From: an uncultured Clostridia bacterium
Lineage (GTDB): Bacteria > Bacillota > Clostridia > Christensenellales > UBA1242
Assembly: GCA_934749845.1 (NCBI GenBank)
Contig: CAKVHQ010000005.1
Span: 17,552-81,551, forward strand
Length of the DNA stretch: 64,000 nucleotides
Direction of reading: 5' to 3'
The notes below the pieces were generated by a model. It saw nothing but the letters and a program-made list of their open reading frames with translations. It had not been told where the DNA came from and did no database searches. Positions 45,233 through 55,164 of this stretch are shown here, piece after piece (the first letter of the stretch is position 1; each line of letters opens with the position of its first letter). A program made the position numbers and the translations under genes.

Positions 45233-45958
45233 ATGAAATTATTTAAGAAAAGAACTGCTGGCGTTGATTTAAACAAATTGCCTAACCATATTGCATTCAT
45301 TATAGATGGAAATGGCAGATGGGCAAAAAAGAGAGGACTTCCTCGCACGGCAGGACATAGACAAGGTGTTTTTGCAGTTAAAGATACCATACAAAATTGC
45401 TATAATTATGGCATAAAACAAGTTTCATTCTTTTGCTTTTCAACTGAAAATTGGAATAGGCCACAAGATGAAATTGACGCACTTTTTGGCATGTTAAGAG
45501 ATTTTATTCATGACGACATTGTGCCATATAAAGAGCAAGGAATTAGGTTTTTAATTAGTGGCGACATAACTAAACTTCCACAAGACTTGCAACAAGCAAT
45601 ACAAAATGCGGTTAATGAAACGCAAGATTGCAACAAAATGCTTGTTAATTTGTGCATAAACTATGGTGGAAGATTAGATATTTTAAGAGCAGTTAATTCG
45701 CTTTTAAAGCAAGGAAAAACCGAAGTTAATTATTTAGATTTTGAAAAGGAATTGTACACTAAGAACTTAAGCGAATTGGATTTAGTTGTTAGAACAAGCG
45801 GTGAGCAAAGAATAAGCAATTTTATGCTTTATCAAATGGCTTACGCAGAACTTTATTTTACCAAAACATATTGGCCAGATTTTGACAAAAAGGCTCTTGA
45901 CGAAGCCTTGCTTGATTTCCAGTCAAGAAACAGACGCTTTGGTGCAATAAAGGAGTAA
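45233..45958 (+). CDS. uppS: Isoprenyl transferase (undecaprenyl pyrophosphate synthase)
   Basis: HIAFIIDGNGRWAKKRGLPR, FSTENWNRP, RTSGEQRISNF. Confidence 0.95.
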   Translation: MKLFKKRTAGVDLNKLPNHIAFIIDGNGRWAKKRGLPRTAGHRQGVFAVKDTIQNCYNYGIKQVSFFCFSTENWNRPQDEIDALFGMLRDFIHDDIVPYKEQGIRFLISGDITKLPQDLQQAIQNAVNETQDCNKMLVNLCINYGGRLDILRAVNSLLKQGKTEVNYLDFEKELYTKNLSELDLVVRTSGEQRISNFMLYQMAYAELYFTKTYWPDFDKKALDEALLDFQSRNRRFGAIKE

Positions 45959-45971
45959 TTAGGAGAAAAAA

Positions 45972-46898
45972 ATGAAAACAAGAATTATCACAGGAAGTTT
46001 AATTGGACTAGCTGTTGCTGGTTTCTTTGGACTCAGATTTATTAGTCCTTACTTTTTTGATGCTATGATTGCTATAATCATGGTGTGCGGAGCGGGTGAA
46101 GTTTCAAAAGTTTTTAATCGTAGTGAAAAATACAACAACATGACTCTTGCCACAGTTTTTCCAGTAATGGTAATGACAGGCTTGCTCTTATGTTCACTTT
46201 ATGAACTATCATTCCTTTATGCATTGCTTGTTGAAGGCTCGCTTTTTGTGTTGTTTATTTTAATAACACTTTTATGGACAGCCTGTGATAACAAATCTTT
46301 TAATGCTGAAAAAACAGAAGAACAAACAAAAGCAAAGTATGTTGGCAGGAAATTTGGTTATACACTTATAACTTTTGCTTATCCAACATTGATTTTAAGT
46401 ACGCTTTATTATATCAACCATTTGGCAGACCTTGGAATGACAAAACAGGAAAGTTTGCTTATTGGTTTTATCGCTTTAATTATGCTTTTTGTAACAACAA
46501 TGCTAACAGATGTTTGCGCATACTTTTTTGGCTCTTTAATTAAAGGTCCAAAACTTTGCCCATACATTAGCCCAAACAAAACAATATCTGGTGCATTTGG
46601 CGGAATTTTTGGAGCAGTTGTTGGTGCAATTTGCACATACTTTGTTTTCACGAGCATAGCACCACTTGCAACAATAATAAATGAGTCGAACTTATTCCTT
46701 TGGGTTGTTATTGCTTATTCTGTTGTTGCTTCTATTATTTCACAAGCGGGAGATATTTTCGCTTCGTGGTTAAAAAGAAGAGCAAGAACTAAAGATTTTA
46801 GTACAATTTTCCCTGGACATGGCGGATTTATGGATAGATGTGACGGACTTGCATTTAATGCTGTGTTAACTTTAATTGTCTTTGCTTTGATTTTTTAA
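45972..46898 (+). CDS. cdsA: Phosphatidate cytidylyltransferase
   Basis: Multi-pass membrane protein with the CdsA C-terminal signature SWLKRRARTKDFSTIFPGHGGFMDRCD. Confidence 0.9.
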   Translation: MKTRIITGSLIGLAVAGFFGLRFISPYFFDAMIAIIMVCGAGEVSKVFNRSEKYNNMTLATVFPVMVMTGLLLCSLYELSFLYALLVEGSLFVLFILITLLWTACDNKSFNAEKTEEQTKAKYVGRKFGYTLITFAYPTLILSTLYYINHLADLGMTKQESLLIGFIALIMLFVTTMLTDVCAYFFGSLIKGPKLCPYISPNKTISGAFGGIFGAVVGAICTYFVFTSIAPLATIINESNLFLWVVIAYSVVASIISQAGDIFASWLKRRARTKDFSTIFPGHGGFMDRCDGLAFNAVLTLIVFALIF

Positions 46899-46947
46899 TT
46901 ATAAAAATTCTCAACTTGAATATAATTAGTTATTGGAGTAGCAAAAA

Positions 46948-48270
46948 TTGATAGTTTTATATATATTGTTAGCACTTTTAGTTTTACTTATGATGGTTAC
47001 CATTCATGAGTTTGGACATTATGTTGCTGGCAAAATTTTAGGATTTAAAATAAATGAATTTGCGATAGGCTTTGGACCAAGCCTTTATTCGCATAAATGC
47101 AAAAGTGGAGAAATTTTTTCAATACGACTTTTCCCATTAGGCGGATATTGTGCATTTGAAGGCGAAGAAGGTGGCAGTGATAACAAAGGTGCGTTTTTAA
47201 AACAAAAACCATGGAAAAGGCTAATCGTGCTTTTTAATGGTGCGTTTTTCAACTTTATTTCTGCAATAATTTTCTGTTTTATAATGCTTGTTAGCGTTGG
47301 CTATGACATTCCAAAAGTCTATTCGGTGGATAGCGTTGTTAGAATTGACAGCGTGGTTTATGATATAAGCGAAGGTGGGCATTCAACCGCAATTTTTGAA
47401 TTTAAAGAAAACGATAAAATTATAAAAATAAACGGAGAAGAAGTTTCAAAATATATCAATCAAGACAGCGTTACAAAAGAACAACTTGCTTCTTTGATTT
47501 CGATTGTAACAAAAGAAAGCACTTCAACAAACGGAACTTTAACATTAACTGTTGAAAGAAAAGATGAATCACTTCCAAATCCGGTTGTTTACTATACTAA
47601 ACAAACAAATAAAGGCGAAGGCGATAATTACCTTCAAAAAGGCGATGTAATTTTAAAGGTTAATGGAACGAACATTGACTTTATAAAAGATAACTATTTT
47701 AATAAATTAGTTCAAAATGCAACAAAAAATGGCGATACTGTTGAACTTACTGTTAAGCGAAATGGAAAGCAAGTTCCATTAACACTAAACTTGTATGAAA
47801 CAGGCTTTGCCGATAGCGATGGAAATTATTCAAAGGCTATTGGGGTAAGTAGCACAGCATATAAATTTACTTTTGGCGAGTCACTGGCACGATGTGTGCC
47901 ATACACTTTTGGCTTTTCATGGAAAGTTTTAGGGGCTCTTGGCTCGATAATCACTGGAAAAGTTGGTTTAAGTGATGTTGGCGGACCAATTTATACTATT
48001 GGCACGATTGCTAATTTGTCAGCACAAAGTTGGACATATTTCTTAACACTTTTACCTTTGATTGCTGCAAACTTGGCAATTTTCAACTGGTTGCCATTCC
48101 CAGCACTTGACGGAAGCAAAATGGTTTTAACAACAATAGAATGGATAAAGGGCAAGCCATTGTTCAGCCAAAAAACTGAAAATTTAATTCACACAATAGG
48201 ATTTATCTTGTTGCTTGGACTTGTGTTTATTGCCGATTTTTATCATATAATTGTTGGCATATTTAAGTAG
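46948..48270 (+). CDS. rseP: RIP metalloprotease RseP/RasP (site-2 protease, M50)
   Basis: TTG start. HEFGHY zinc motif in TM1, PDZ-like middle region, NWLPFPALDG motif. Confidence 0.9.
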   Translation: MIVLYILLALLVLLMMVTIHEFGHYVAGKILGFKINEFAIGFGPSLYSHKCKSGEIFSIRLFPLGGYCAFEGEEGGSDNKGAFLKQKPWKRLIVLFNGAFFNFISAIIFCFIMLVSVGYDIPKVYSVDSVVRIDSVVYDISEGGHSTAIFEFKENDKIIKINGEEVSKYINQDSVTKEQLASLISIVTKESTSTNGTLTLTVERKDESLPNPVVYYTKQTNKGEGDNYLQKGDVILKVNGTNIDFIKDNYFNKLVQNATKNGDTVELTVKRNGKQVPLTLNLYETGFADSDGNYSKAIGVSSTAYKFTFGESLARCVPYTFGFSWKVLGALGSIITGKVGLSDVGGPIYTIGTIANLSAQSWTYFLTLLPLIAANLAIFNWLPFPALDGSKMVLTTIEWIKGKPLFSQKTENLIHTIGFILLLGLVFIADFYHIIVGIFK

Positions 48271-48297
48271 AAAGCGTGTTTAAACAAAGGAGAAAAT

Positions 48298-49812
48298 TTG
48301 GAAAAGATTATTGATTATTTATCTTCACAAGGTTGCAAAATTGACTGTTTGCAACTTTTTAGTGTTAAATATAGCCCAGCATTAAATACGCTTAATGTCG
48401 TTTTTTCCTCGCCTGTTGAGTATTCGCAAGAGGATTGTGAAAAAATTAACAATAGCGTAATAAAGTTTGTTGAAAACAGATGTGAAGTGCAAGTTAAAAT
48501 AAAAAAACAAACTATATCTGCCGATAGTTGCGAAATGCTAATTAAAAAACTATTAACAAACAATGCAATTTACTCCACGATTTTTGACTTAAATAACATT
48601 AGCGTAAAACTTTCTCAAAATTTATCTGCTCAAATTGCTTTATGCGTGGATAGCTCGGGTTTTGGCGAGCAAGAAAAGGAAAGATTTGAACATCAATGCG
48701 AGTCGCTTTTAACACCTTATGGTGTTAATTCGCTTGAATTTACCTATGGAAATTTCTCAAAAAATTACGAGCAAATTTTGTCTAGCAGAAGAGAAGTCTT
48801 TAATGAAGAAACTGTTGAAACTCCAAAGACGATTTCCGTTTCTTTCGTCAAGGAATATTTAGGAAAAATGGATAGTCCATGCGATACTATCTTGCCTGAA
48901 AATGTTCAAAGTGGTCAAAAGAACATTTTTGTTGCGGGTCAGTTTGCTGGCTTACAAGAGTTTACAAAGAAAAAAGAAGAAACAGGCAAAGAAACTAAAT
49001 ATTATAAGTTCAATTTGGTAAGTGAAGAATCTAAAATTGAATGTGTGTGCTTTTTGAAAAACGGTGAGGACCTTAAAAATCTCGAACAAAACCAAAAAGT
49101 TGTTGTTTTGGCAGATAGCGATGAGTTTAGGGGAGCGGTAAGTTTGCGTGTTCGTGGACTATCGCTTTGCAAATTTGATTTTCCTAAAAAGCAAGTTAAA
49201 ACAGCAAGCAAAACATACAAGTTAATCAAGCCCGAGCCTTTTGTTTCAAAAGAGCAAATAAGTTTTTTGGAACAAGCAGAGCAAATACATAGCAAGTATT
49301 TATTAAACAATAAATTTGTGGTATTCGACCTTGAAACAACCGGACTTAATTTTAACACCTGCAAAATTATTGAAATTGGTGCTGCAAAAATAGAAAATGG
49401 AAAAATCACAGAAGTTTTTTCAACTTTTGTTAATCCAGAATGTCATATTCCCGAAGAAGCAACGAAAACAAATAATATTACAGACGACATGGTTAAAGAC
49501 GCACCAACATTCGAGCAAGCCTTTCCTGATTTTTATAAATTTATTGAAGGAACAACTTTGGTTGCGCACAACATAAATTTCGATTTTCCTTTTATTTCGT
49601 ATTATGCAAAACCGCTGGGTTATATCTTAAACAACCCCACTCAAGATACTATGTTAATTGCTCAAAAACACCTTGGTCAACTCAAGCACTTTAAATTATC
49701 CACGGTGTGTGATTTCTTGGGTGTGAGCCTTATTGGCGCGCACAGAGCCGTTAATGATACTGTCGCAACTGCAAAAGTTTTCATTAAACTTATAGAAAAG
49801 TACGGAATTTAA
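48298..49812 (+). CDS. PolC-like N-terminal/OB-fold/3'-5' exonuclease protein lacking PHP and polymerase domains
   Basis: TTG start 5 nt after AAAGGAG. DEDDh motifs FVVFDLETTGL, VAHNINFDFPFI, HRAVNDTVATAKVF. An OB-like segment lies upstream. Sits in the polC position of the rseP...nusA block. Confidence 0.75.
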   Translation: MEKIIDYLSSQGCKIDCLQLFSVKYSPALNTLNVVFSSPVEYSQEDCEKINNSVIKFVENRCEVQVKIKKQTISADSCEMLIKKLLTNNAIYSTIFDLNNISVKLSQNLSAQIALCVDSSGFGEQEKERFEHQCESLLTPYGVNSLEFTYGNFSKNYEQILSSRREVFNEETVETPKTISVSFVKEYLGKMDSPCDTILPENVQSGQKNIFVAGQFAGLQEFTKKKEETGKETKYYKFNLVSEESKIECVCFLKNGEDLKNLEQNQKVVVLADSDEFRGAVSLRVRGLSLCKFDFPKKQVKTASKTYKLIKPEPFVSKEQISFLEQAEQIHSKYLLNNKFVVFDLETTGLNFNTCKIIEIGAAKIENGKITEVFSTFVNPECHIPEEATKTNNITDDMVKDAPTFEQAFPDFYKFIEGTTLVAHNINFDFPFISYYAKPLGYILNNPTQDTMLIAQKHLGQLKHFKLSTVCDFLGVSLIGAHRAVNDTVATAKVFIKLIEKYGI

Positions 49813-49822
49813 GAAAAAATGC

Positions 49823-49851
49823 TTGCATAGATATAATATCTATGGTAAAAT
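49823..49851 (+). promoter_or_regulatory. Sigma-A-type promoter of the nusA-infB operon
   Basis: TTGCAT (49823-49828), 17 nt, TAAAAT (49846-49851). Confidence 0.55.
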
Positions 49852-49868
49852 TTTTAAGACTAGTTATT

Positions 49869-49893
49869 TGAGCACGGGCAAAACCCGTGCTCA
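49869..49893 (+). promoter_or_regulatory. Strong GC-rich hairpin in the nusA leader (possible NusA-dependent attenuator)
   Basis: 10-bp stem TGAGCACGGG-caaaa-CCCGTGCTCA followed by AAAGTTTGATT (interrupted U-tract). Confidence 0.45.
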
Positions 49894-49930
49894 AAGTTTG
49901 ATTAGCAAACTTTTGTTAAGGAGAAAGAAT

Positions 49931-51049
49931 ATGATTAGTAAAGATTTCTTTGAAGCATTAAATGATTTTGAAGCTGAAAGAAAGATTAAAAAAGAAGTGT
50001 TTTTGGAAGCACTTGAAACAGCACTCACAAGTGCCTATAAAAAGAATTATGGAGAAGCAAAAAGTGCTGTTGTAAAATTAAATCCAGAAAAACACACAAT
50101 CAAAATTTATAGTTATAAAACAGTGGTTGAAAATGTTGAAGACCCAGACAAAGAAATTTCACTTGAAGATGCAAAACAAATAAAATCATCTTACAAAATT
50201 GGTTCAGTGGTGGAAACAGAAGAAACTCCAAAAGACTTTGGAAGAATTGCTGCCCAAACTGCAAAGCAAGTTGTTATGCAAAAAATTCGTGAAGCAGAAA
50301 AAATGATAACTTTAAGCGAAATTGCAGAGAAGCAAGACACATTAACCACTGGTGTTGTTAAAAAAATTGACGGAACAAATGTTTTTGTTGAGATTGGTTC
50401 AACCGAAGCATTGATGAGCGAAAAAGACCAAATTCCTGGAGAAAGATATCATATTGGAGATAGAATTAAAGTTTATGTTAAGAAAATTCCAGACGATTTC
50501 CAAGGCTCTTTAGTTCAAGTTTCAAGGTCTCATGTTAACTTTGTTAAAAAGTTGTTTGAACTTGAAGTTCCAGAAATTGAAAATGGCGAAATTGTTATTG
50601 AGTCAATTTCAAGAGAGGCTGGTTCAAGAACAAAACTTGCAGTTTCATCAAGCAATCCAAACCTTGATGTTATCGGTGCCTGTGTTGGCAATAAGGGTAT
50701 GAGAATTAACAGTATTGTTGAGGAACTTAATGGCGAAAAAATCGACCTTGTTGAATATAGTGACGACACACTTGTGTTTGTTGAAAGAGCATTAAGCCCA
50801 GCAAAAGTAATTAAGGTTGAAATGATTGGCGAAGGTCAAGCAAGAGCCATTGTTCCAGATGATGTGCTTTCACTTGCTATTGGTCGTCAAGGACAAAACG
50901 TTAAACTTGCTGCAAGACTTGCTCACTGCAAGATTGATGTTAAACCAGAATCCGAAATGAAAAAACTAGAAAGCCAAAAAGCACATACTGACGAGTTTAA
51001 ATTTGACGAAAATTTAAGCCTTGATGATATGTTTAAAGATGAGGAATAG
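49931..51049 (+). CDS. nusA: Transcription termination/antitermination factor NusA
   Basis: ATG 49931 follows AAGGAG. N-domain, S1 (TGVVKKIDGTNVFVEIG) and two KH domains. The ORF-track start at 49823 coincides with the predicted promoter -35 box, so that extension would span the promoter and leader. Confidence 0.95.
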   Translation: MISKDFFEALNDFEAERKIKKEVFLEALETALTSAYKKNYGEAKSAVVKLNPEKHTIKIYSYKTVVENVEDPDKEISLEDAKQIKSSYKIGSVVETEETPKDFGRIAAQTAKQVVMQKIREAEKMITLSEIAEKQDTLTTGVVKKIDGTNVFVEIGSTEALMSEKDQIPGERYHIGDRIKVYVKKIPDDFQGSLVQVSRSHVNFVKKLFELEVPEIENGEIVIESISREAGSRTKLAVSSSNPNLDVIGACVGNKGMRINSIVEELNGEKIDLVEYSDDTLVFVERALSPAKVIKVEMIGEGQARAIVPDDVLSLAIGRQGQNVKLAARLAHCKIDVKPESEMKKLESQKAHTDEFKFDENLSLDDMFKDEE

Positions 51050-51052
51050 TTA

Positions 51053-51307
51053 GTGACGACTGAAAGAACATGCATAGTTTGCAGAAATAAAAAAGATAAA
51101 AGTGAATTAACTAGAATTGTTTTGGATAAAACAGGTCAAATTAAAGTTGAAAAAAATAAAAAATTAGATGGCCGAGGTGCATATATATGTAAGGAAGATA
51201 TATGCCTTGACAAACTATTAAAAACTCACGCACTAAATCGAACTTTCAAACGAAATTTCAATGATAAAGTTTATTTAGACTTAATTGATGAAATAAAAAA
51301 AGCGTAA
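51053..51307 (+). CDS. ylxR: YlxR/RnpM (DUF448) RNA-binding protein
   Basis: GTG start. RTCIVCR...GRGAYIC motif. Position between nusA and infB. Confidence 0.85.
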   Translation: MTTERTCIVCRNKKDKSELTRIVLDKTGQIKVEKNKKLDGRGAYICKEDICLDKLLKTHALNRTFKRNFNDKVYLDLIDEIKKA

Positions 51308-51323
51308 GCAAAAGGAGAAATTT

Positions 51324-53798
51324 GTGGCAGAATACACACAACAACATGAAGTTAAGCAAAATTCAGGCAGTTTGGATAATTTAAAAAGGCTGGCTGGTCT
51401 TTGCAATTCAAACAAAATTGGCACATTGGTTGCAGAAATAAAGAAAGTTGGGCAAGTTTTAGGAAACTTGCAATCTCAAATTGACGATAAATTGTCATCT
51501 TTGGGCGAAAAGAAAATTGAAGCACCAAAAACTGAAAAAGTAGAGGTTAATGAAAAAGCACAAGCAAGAAATTTTGTTGAAAGACGAGAAACTAATCAAC
51601 AAAGTCGCCCTGTGACCAATAATTTTTCATCAACTAGACAAAATGGTTTTGTGCCTAGGGATAATAAGGGCGGATTTAACAAGAATGGCTTTAACAAACC
51701 AAATGGTTTTAATAAAGACGGCCGTCCATTTTCGCAACAAAAACCATTTAATAAAAATGGTCAACAAGGTGCGTTTAATAAGCCTTTTGCTAAACCTAAT
51801 TTTAGAAAAGCCCAAGAGCCACAAATTGATTTAAACTCAATTTTGAAAGAACAGCAAAACAGAAATTTTGGTAATAAAAAGAAAACTCACGATAACCCTC
51901 AAGAGCACAAATCCATGAGCAAGAAGGCACAAATGAGATTTAATGTTGCCGAAATGGATGAAGATGATGAAGACAAACTTGCAAGGCGTTATAAATCAAG
52001 AAGAAAAGCCGAAGTTAAAGTGGAACAACAAATTGCAGTAATCGACCACGCAGTAATAACAAGCGAGAACATGACAGTTAAAGATTTTAGTGAAAAAATT
52101 GGAAAACCAGTTGCAGAAATTGTTAAAAAGTTGTTCATTCTTGGAATTATGGCAACGATAAACAGCAAAATTGATTTTGACACTGCAGAACTTGTTGCAA
52201 ACGATTTTGGTATTACTCTTGAAAACAACATTCAAGCGTCACAAGAAGAGTTGCTTGAACAAGTTATGAAAGCAAACGAGCAAGAAGATGAAAAATACCT
52301 TGAAAACAGACCTCCAGTTGTAACTGTTATGGGTCACGTTGACCATGGTAAAACCTCTCTTCTTGATGCAATAAGAAAAACCAATGTTGTTAGTGGTGAA
52401 GCAGGTGGTATTACTCAAAGTATCGGTGCTTACACTGTAAACTATAAAGGTCAAAAAATCACATTTATTGATACTCCTGGTCACGCTGCCTTCACAGCAA
52501 TGCGTGCTAGAGGTGCACAATTAACCGACATTGCAATTTTGGTTGTTGCAGCAGACGACGGCGTTATGCCACAAACTGTTGAAGCAATAAATCATATCAA
52601 AGCAGCAAATGTTCCTATGATTGTTGCTATTAACAAAATGGATAAACCAGAAGCAAATCCAGACAGAGTTAAACAAGAACTTGCCAACGAGAATGTTCTT
52701 TGCGAAGAATGGGGTGGAGATACAATCTGCGTTCCAATAGCAGCAAAGAAAGGCGAAGGAATTGACAAATTGCTTGAAATGGTAACATTAGTTGCCGAAG
52801 TTCAAGACTTAAAGGCAAACCCACATCGTGATGCAGTGGGTGCGGTTATTGAGGCTAAACTTGATAAGGGTAAAGGTCCAGTTGCATCAGTTTTAATTCA
52901 AAATGGAACATTAAAAGTGGGCGACACTGTTGTTTCAGGCACAGCGTTTGGTAGAATTAGAGCAATGCTTGACGAAAATGGAAAAAATGTTCAAAAAGCA
53001 ACTCCTTCAATGCCTGTTTCCATTTTGGGCTTAGACCAAGTCCCAAGTGCTGGCGACAAACTTATGGTTATTGACGAAAAAACATCAAAACTTTTGATTG
53101 CCGAAAGAAAAAATAAAATTAAGCAAGAAAAAGTTAACTCAACAAGTGCTGTAAGTCTTGAAGAATTTATGAACAAGGCAAAAGAAGGCACTTTGAAAAA
53201 TCTTAATGTTATTATTAAAGCCGATGTTCAAGGCTCTGCCGAAGCACTTAAACAAAGCATTAGCAAAATTAAAAACGAAGAAGTTAAAATTTCATGTGTA
53301 CATGTGGGTGTTGGTGCAATTAACGAAAGTGATATCGTGCTTGCAAAGGCATCTAATGCTGTGGTTATTGGCTTTAATGTTAGACCAGAAGCAAAGGCAA
53401 AAGCGGTTGCTGAACATGAAAAAATTGAAATTAAAACATATAGCGTTATTTACGAATGTATTGAAGATTTGGAAGCAACAATTCATGGAATGATGGCACC
53501 TAAATATAAGGAAGTTATCAATGGTCATGCCGAAGTTAGAAAAGTGTTTAACTTGTCTTCTCAAGGCAAAATTGCTGGTTCATATGTTACCGATGGTAGA
53601 ATTGGTAGAAATAACTATGCTCGTGTTATTAGAAACGGAGAAACTGTTTTGGAAACACAAATTATTGGCTTGAAAATACAAAAAGATGAAGCAAAAGAAG
53701 TTAATAAAACCTTTGAATGTGGTATTAAACTTGCCGACGACTTTGACATTAAAGAACTTGATGTTATTGAGGCATACACAAAAGAAAGAATTAACTAA
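51324..53798 (+). CDS. infB: Translation initiation factor IF-2
   Basis: GTG start after AAAGGAG. G-domain ([18 protein letters not shown]). Low-complexity FNK-repeat N-terminal region. Confidence 0.97.
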   Translation: MAEYTQQHEVKQNSGSLDNLKRLAGLCNSNKIGTLVAEIKKVGQVLGNLQSQIDDKLSSLGEKKIEAPKTEKVEVNEKAQARNFVERRETNQQSRPVTNNFSSTRQNGFVPRDNKGGFNKNGFNKPNGFNKDGRPFSQQKPFNKNGQQGAFNKPFAKPNFRKAQEPQIDLNSILKEQQNRNFGNKKKTHDNPQEHKSMSKKAQMRFNVAEMDEDDEDKLARRYKSRRKAEVKVEQQIAVIDHAVITSENMTVKDFSEKIGKPVAEIVKKLFILGIMATINSKIDFDTAELVANDFGITLENNIQASQEELLEQVMKANEQEDEKYLENRPPVVTVMGHVDHGKTSLLDAIRKTNVVSGEAGGITQSIGAYTVNYKGQKITFIDTPGHAAFTAMRARGAQLTDIAILVVAADDGVMPQTVEAINHIKAANVPMIVAINKMDKPEANPDRVKQELANENVLCEEWGGDTICVPIAAKKGEGIDKLLEMVTLVAEVQDLKANPHRDAVGAVIEAKLDKGKGPVASVLIQNGTLKVGDTVVSGTAFGRIRAMLDENGKNVQKATPSMPVSILGLDQVPSAGDKLMVIDEKTSKLLIAERKNKIKQEKVNSTSAVSLEEFMNKAKEGTLKNLNVIIKADVQGSAEALKQSISKIKNEEVKISCVHVGVGAINESDIVLAKASNAVVIGFNVRPEAKAKAVAEHEKIEIKTYSVIYECIEDLEATIHGMMAPKYKEVINGHAEVRKVFNLSSQGKIAGSYVTDGRIGRNNYARVIRNGETVLETQIIGLKIQKDEAKEVNKTFECGIKLADDFDIKELDVIEAYTKERIN

Positions 53799-53800
53799 AC

Positions 53801-53828
53801 ACATTCTCGCTTAATGCGAGAATGTTTA
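53801..53828 (+). terminator. Hairpin after infB (partial terminator or processing site)
   Basis: 10-bp stem ACATTCTCGC-ttaat-GCGAGAATGT with only a short T-tract. Confidence 0.45.
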
Positions 53829-53843
53829 ATATTGGAGGAATTT

Positions 53844-54188
53844 ATGTCTAAAAATAGAATGGATTTAATTAACAGTGAAATTCAAAAAGCACTTTCACAC
53901 ACTTTAACTTATGACATGCACAACGAGGCTTTAAAGGGAGTTATTGTTTCTGTAACAAAAGTTGACACGACGCCAGATTTAAAATATGCAAAAGTTTATT
54001 TAAGCATTTTTCCAGACAATAATAAAGAAGAAATTTTTAACACTATTAAGTCAAGCGTAACTTTTTTAAGAAGAGAAGTTGCAAGAAATGTTAAATTAAG
54101 AATCACACCAGAACTTCACATTTTGCTTGATGATTCGTTAGAATACTCTCAAAAAATTGATGAGTTGTTTTCTAAAATTAAAAAGTAG
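53844..54188 (+). CDS. rbfA: Ribosome-binding factor A
   Basis: ATG 53844 follows GGAGG. MSKNRMDLINSEIQKALSHTL...VSVTKVDTTPDLKYAKVYLS. Confidence 0.9.
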   Translation: MSKNRMDLINSEIQKALSHTLTYDMHNEALKGVIVSVTKVDTTPDLKYAKVYLSIFPDNNKEEIFNTIKSSVTFLRREVARNVKLRITPELHILLDDSLEYSQKIDELFSKIKK

Positions 54189-54198
54189 TAGGTGAAAA

Positions 54199-55164
54199 GT
54201 GAAGTTTGAAAATATTGTTAAAGAAATTTTAAAGCATAGTACTATTGCGCTCTTTTCGCACCAAAAAAGTGACGGAGATGCTATTGGAAGTTGTATTGCG
54301 CTTAAATTAGCCCTTGAAAAAGTTGGCAAAAAAGTTGAAATTTTTATCCAAAAGCCAATACATCGAAACTTTGAGTTTTTAGGTGCAAAAAAGTATATAG
54401 ATAATGGTGGCAGTAAAAAGTTTGACCTTGCAATTTCACTTGATTGTCCAAACAGCAAGCGTATGGGCATATACGAGAAAAAGTTTTTATCAATAAAAAA
54501 TAGCATCGCTATCGACCATCACGCAGACTTTGAAAATTTTGCTAATTTAAACTATGCTGATTCTAGTAGTTCAAGCACTTGCTTGATTATTTATCAATTA
54601 CTTTTATACATGCAAATCGAGATTGACAGTCAAATTGCTTTATGTTTGTATGCTGGAATGGCAACCGACACAGGCAGATTTAATCATGGAAACATGAATA
54701 GTGAACTTTTTATGGCTGTTGCACAACTATATAAAACAGGATTTGATTTTGAACTTGCGAATTATACTTTGTTTAAAAGACAGAGCAAAAACGAATTTGA
54801 ATTATATAAAACTGCACTTAATAAACTAAAACTATTTGAAAATGACAAAATTGGAATAATAATGCTTGTTAAAGAAGACTTTGAAAAGACAGGAACTACT
54901 CCACTTGACACCTTCAGGATAATTGACACAATAACGAGTATTGAAACAATTAAACTAGCATGCGTAATTTCACAAGATGACGAAAAAGAATTTTTAGTTT
55001 CAATTAGGTCGCGAGAAAACTATAACGCACAAAATGTTGCAAAAGAGTTTGGCGGTGGTGGACATATTAAAGCGTCAGGTTGCAAAATCTTGGAAAATCA
55101 AGATGTGGCATTTAGTCAATTACTAAAAGCATGTAAAAAAGAGATAAAAAGGGTAGAAAACTAA
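54199..55164 (+). CDS. nrnA: DHH-family phosphoesterase (NrnA-like oligoribonuclease/pAp phosphatase)
   Basis: GTG start. DHH motifs (HQKSDGDAIGS, SLDC, IDHH) and DHHA1 (GGGGHIKASG). Confidence 0.8.
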   Translation: MKFENIVKEILKHSTIALFSHQKSDGDAIGSCIALKLALEKVGKKVEIFIQKPIHRNFEFLGAKKYIDNGGSKKFDLAISLDCPNSKRMGIYEKKFLSIKNSIAIDHHADFENFANLNYADSSSSSTCLIIYQLLLYMQIEIDSQIALCLYAGMATDTGRFNHGNMNSELFMAVAQLYKTGFDFELANYTLFKRQSKNEFELYKTALNKLKLFENDKIGIIMLVKEDFEKTGTTPLDTFRIIDTITSIETIKLACVISQDDEKEFLVSIRSRENYNAQNVAKEFGGGGHIKASGCKILENQDVAFSQLLKACKKEIKRVEN

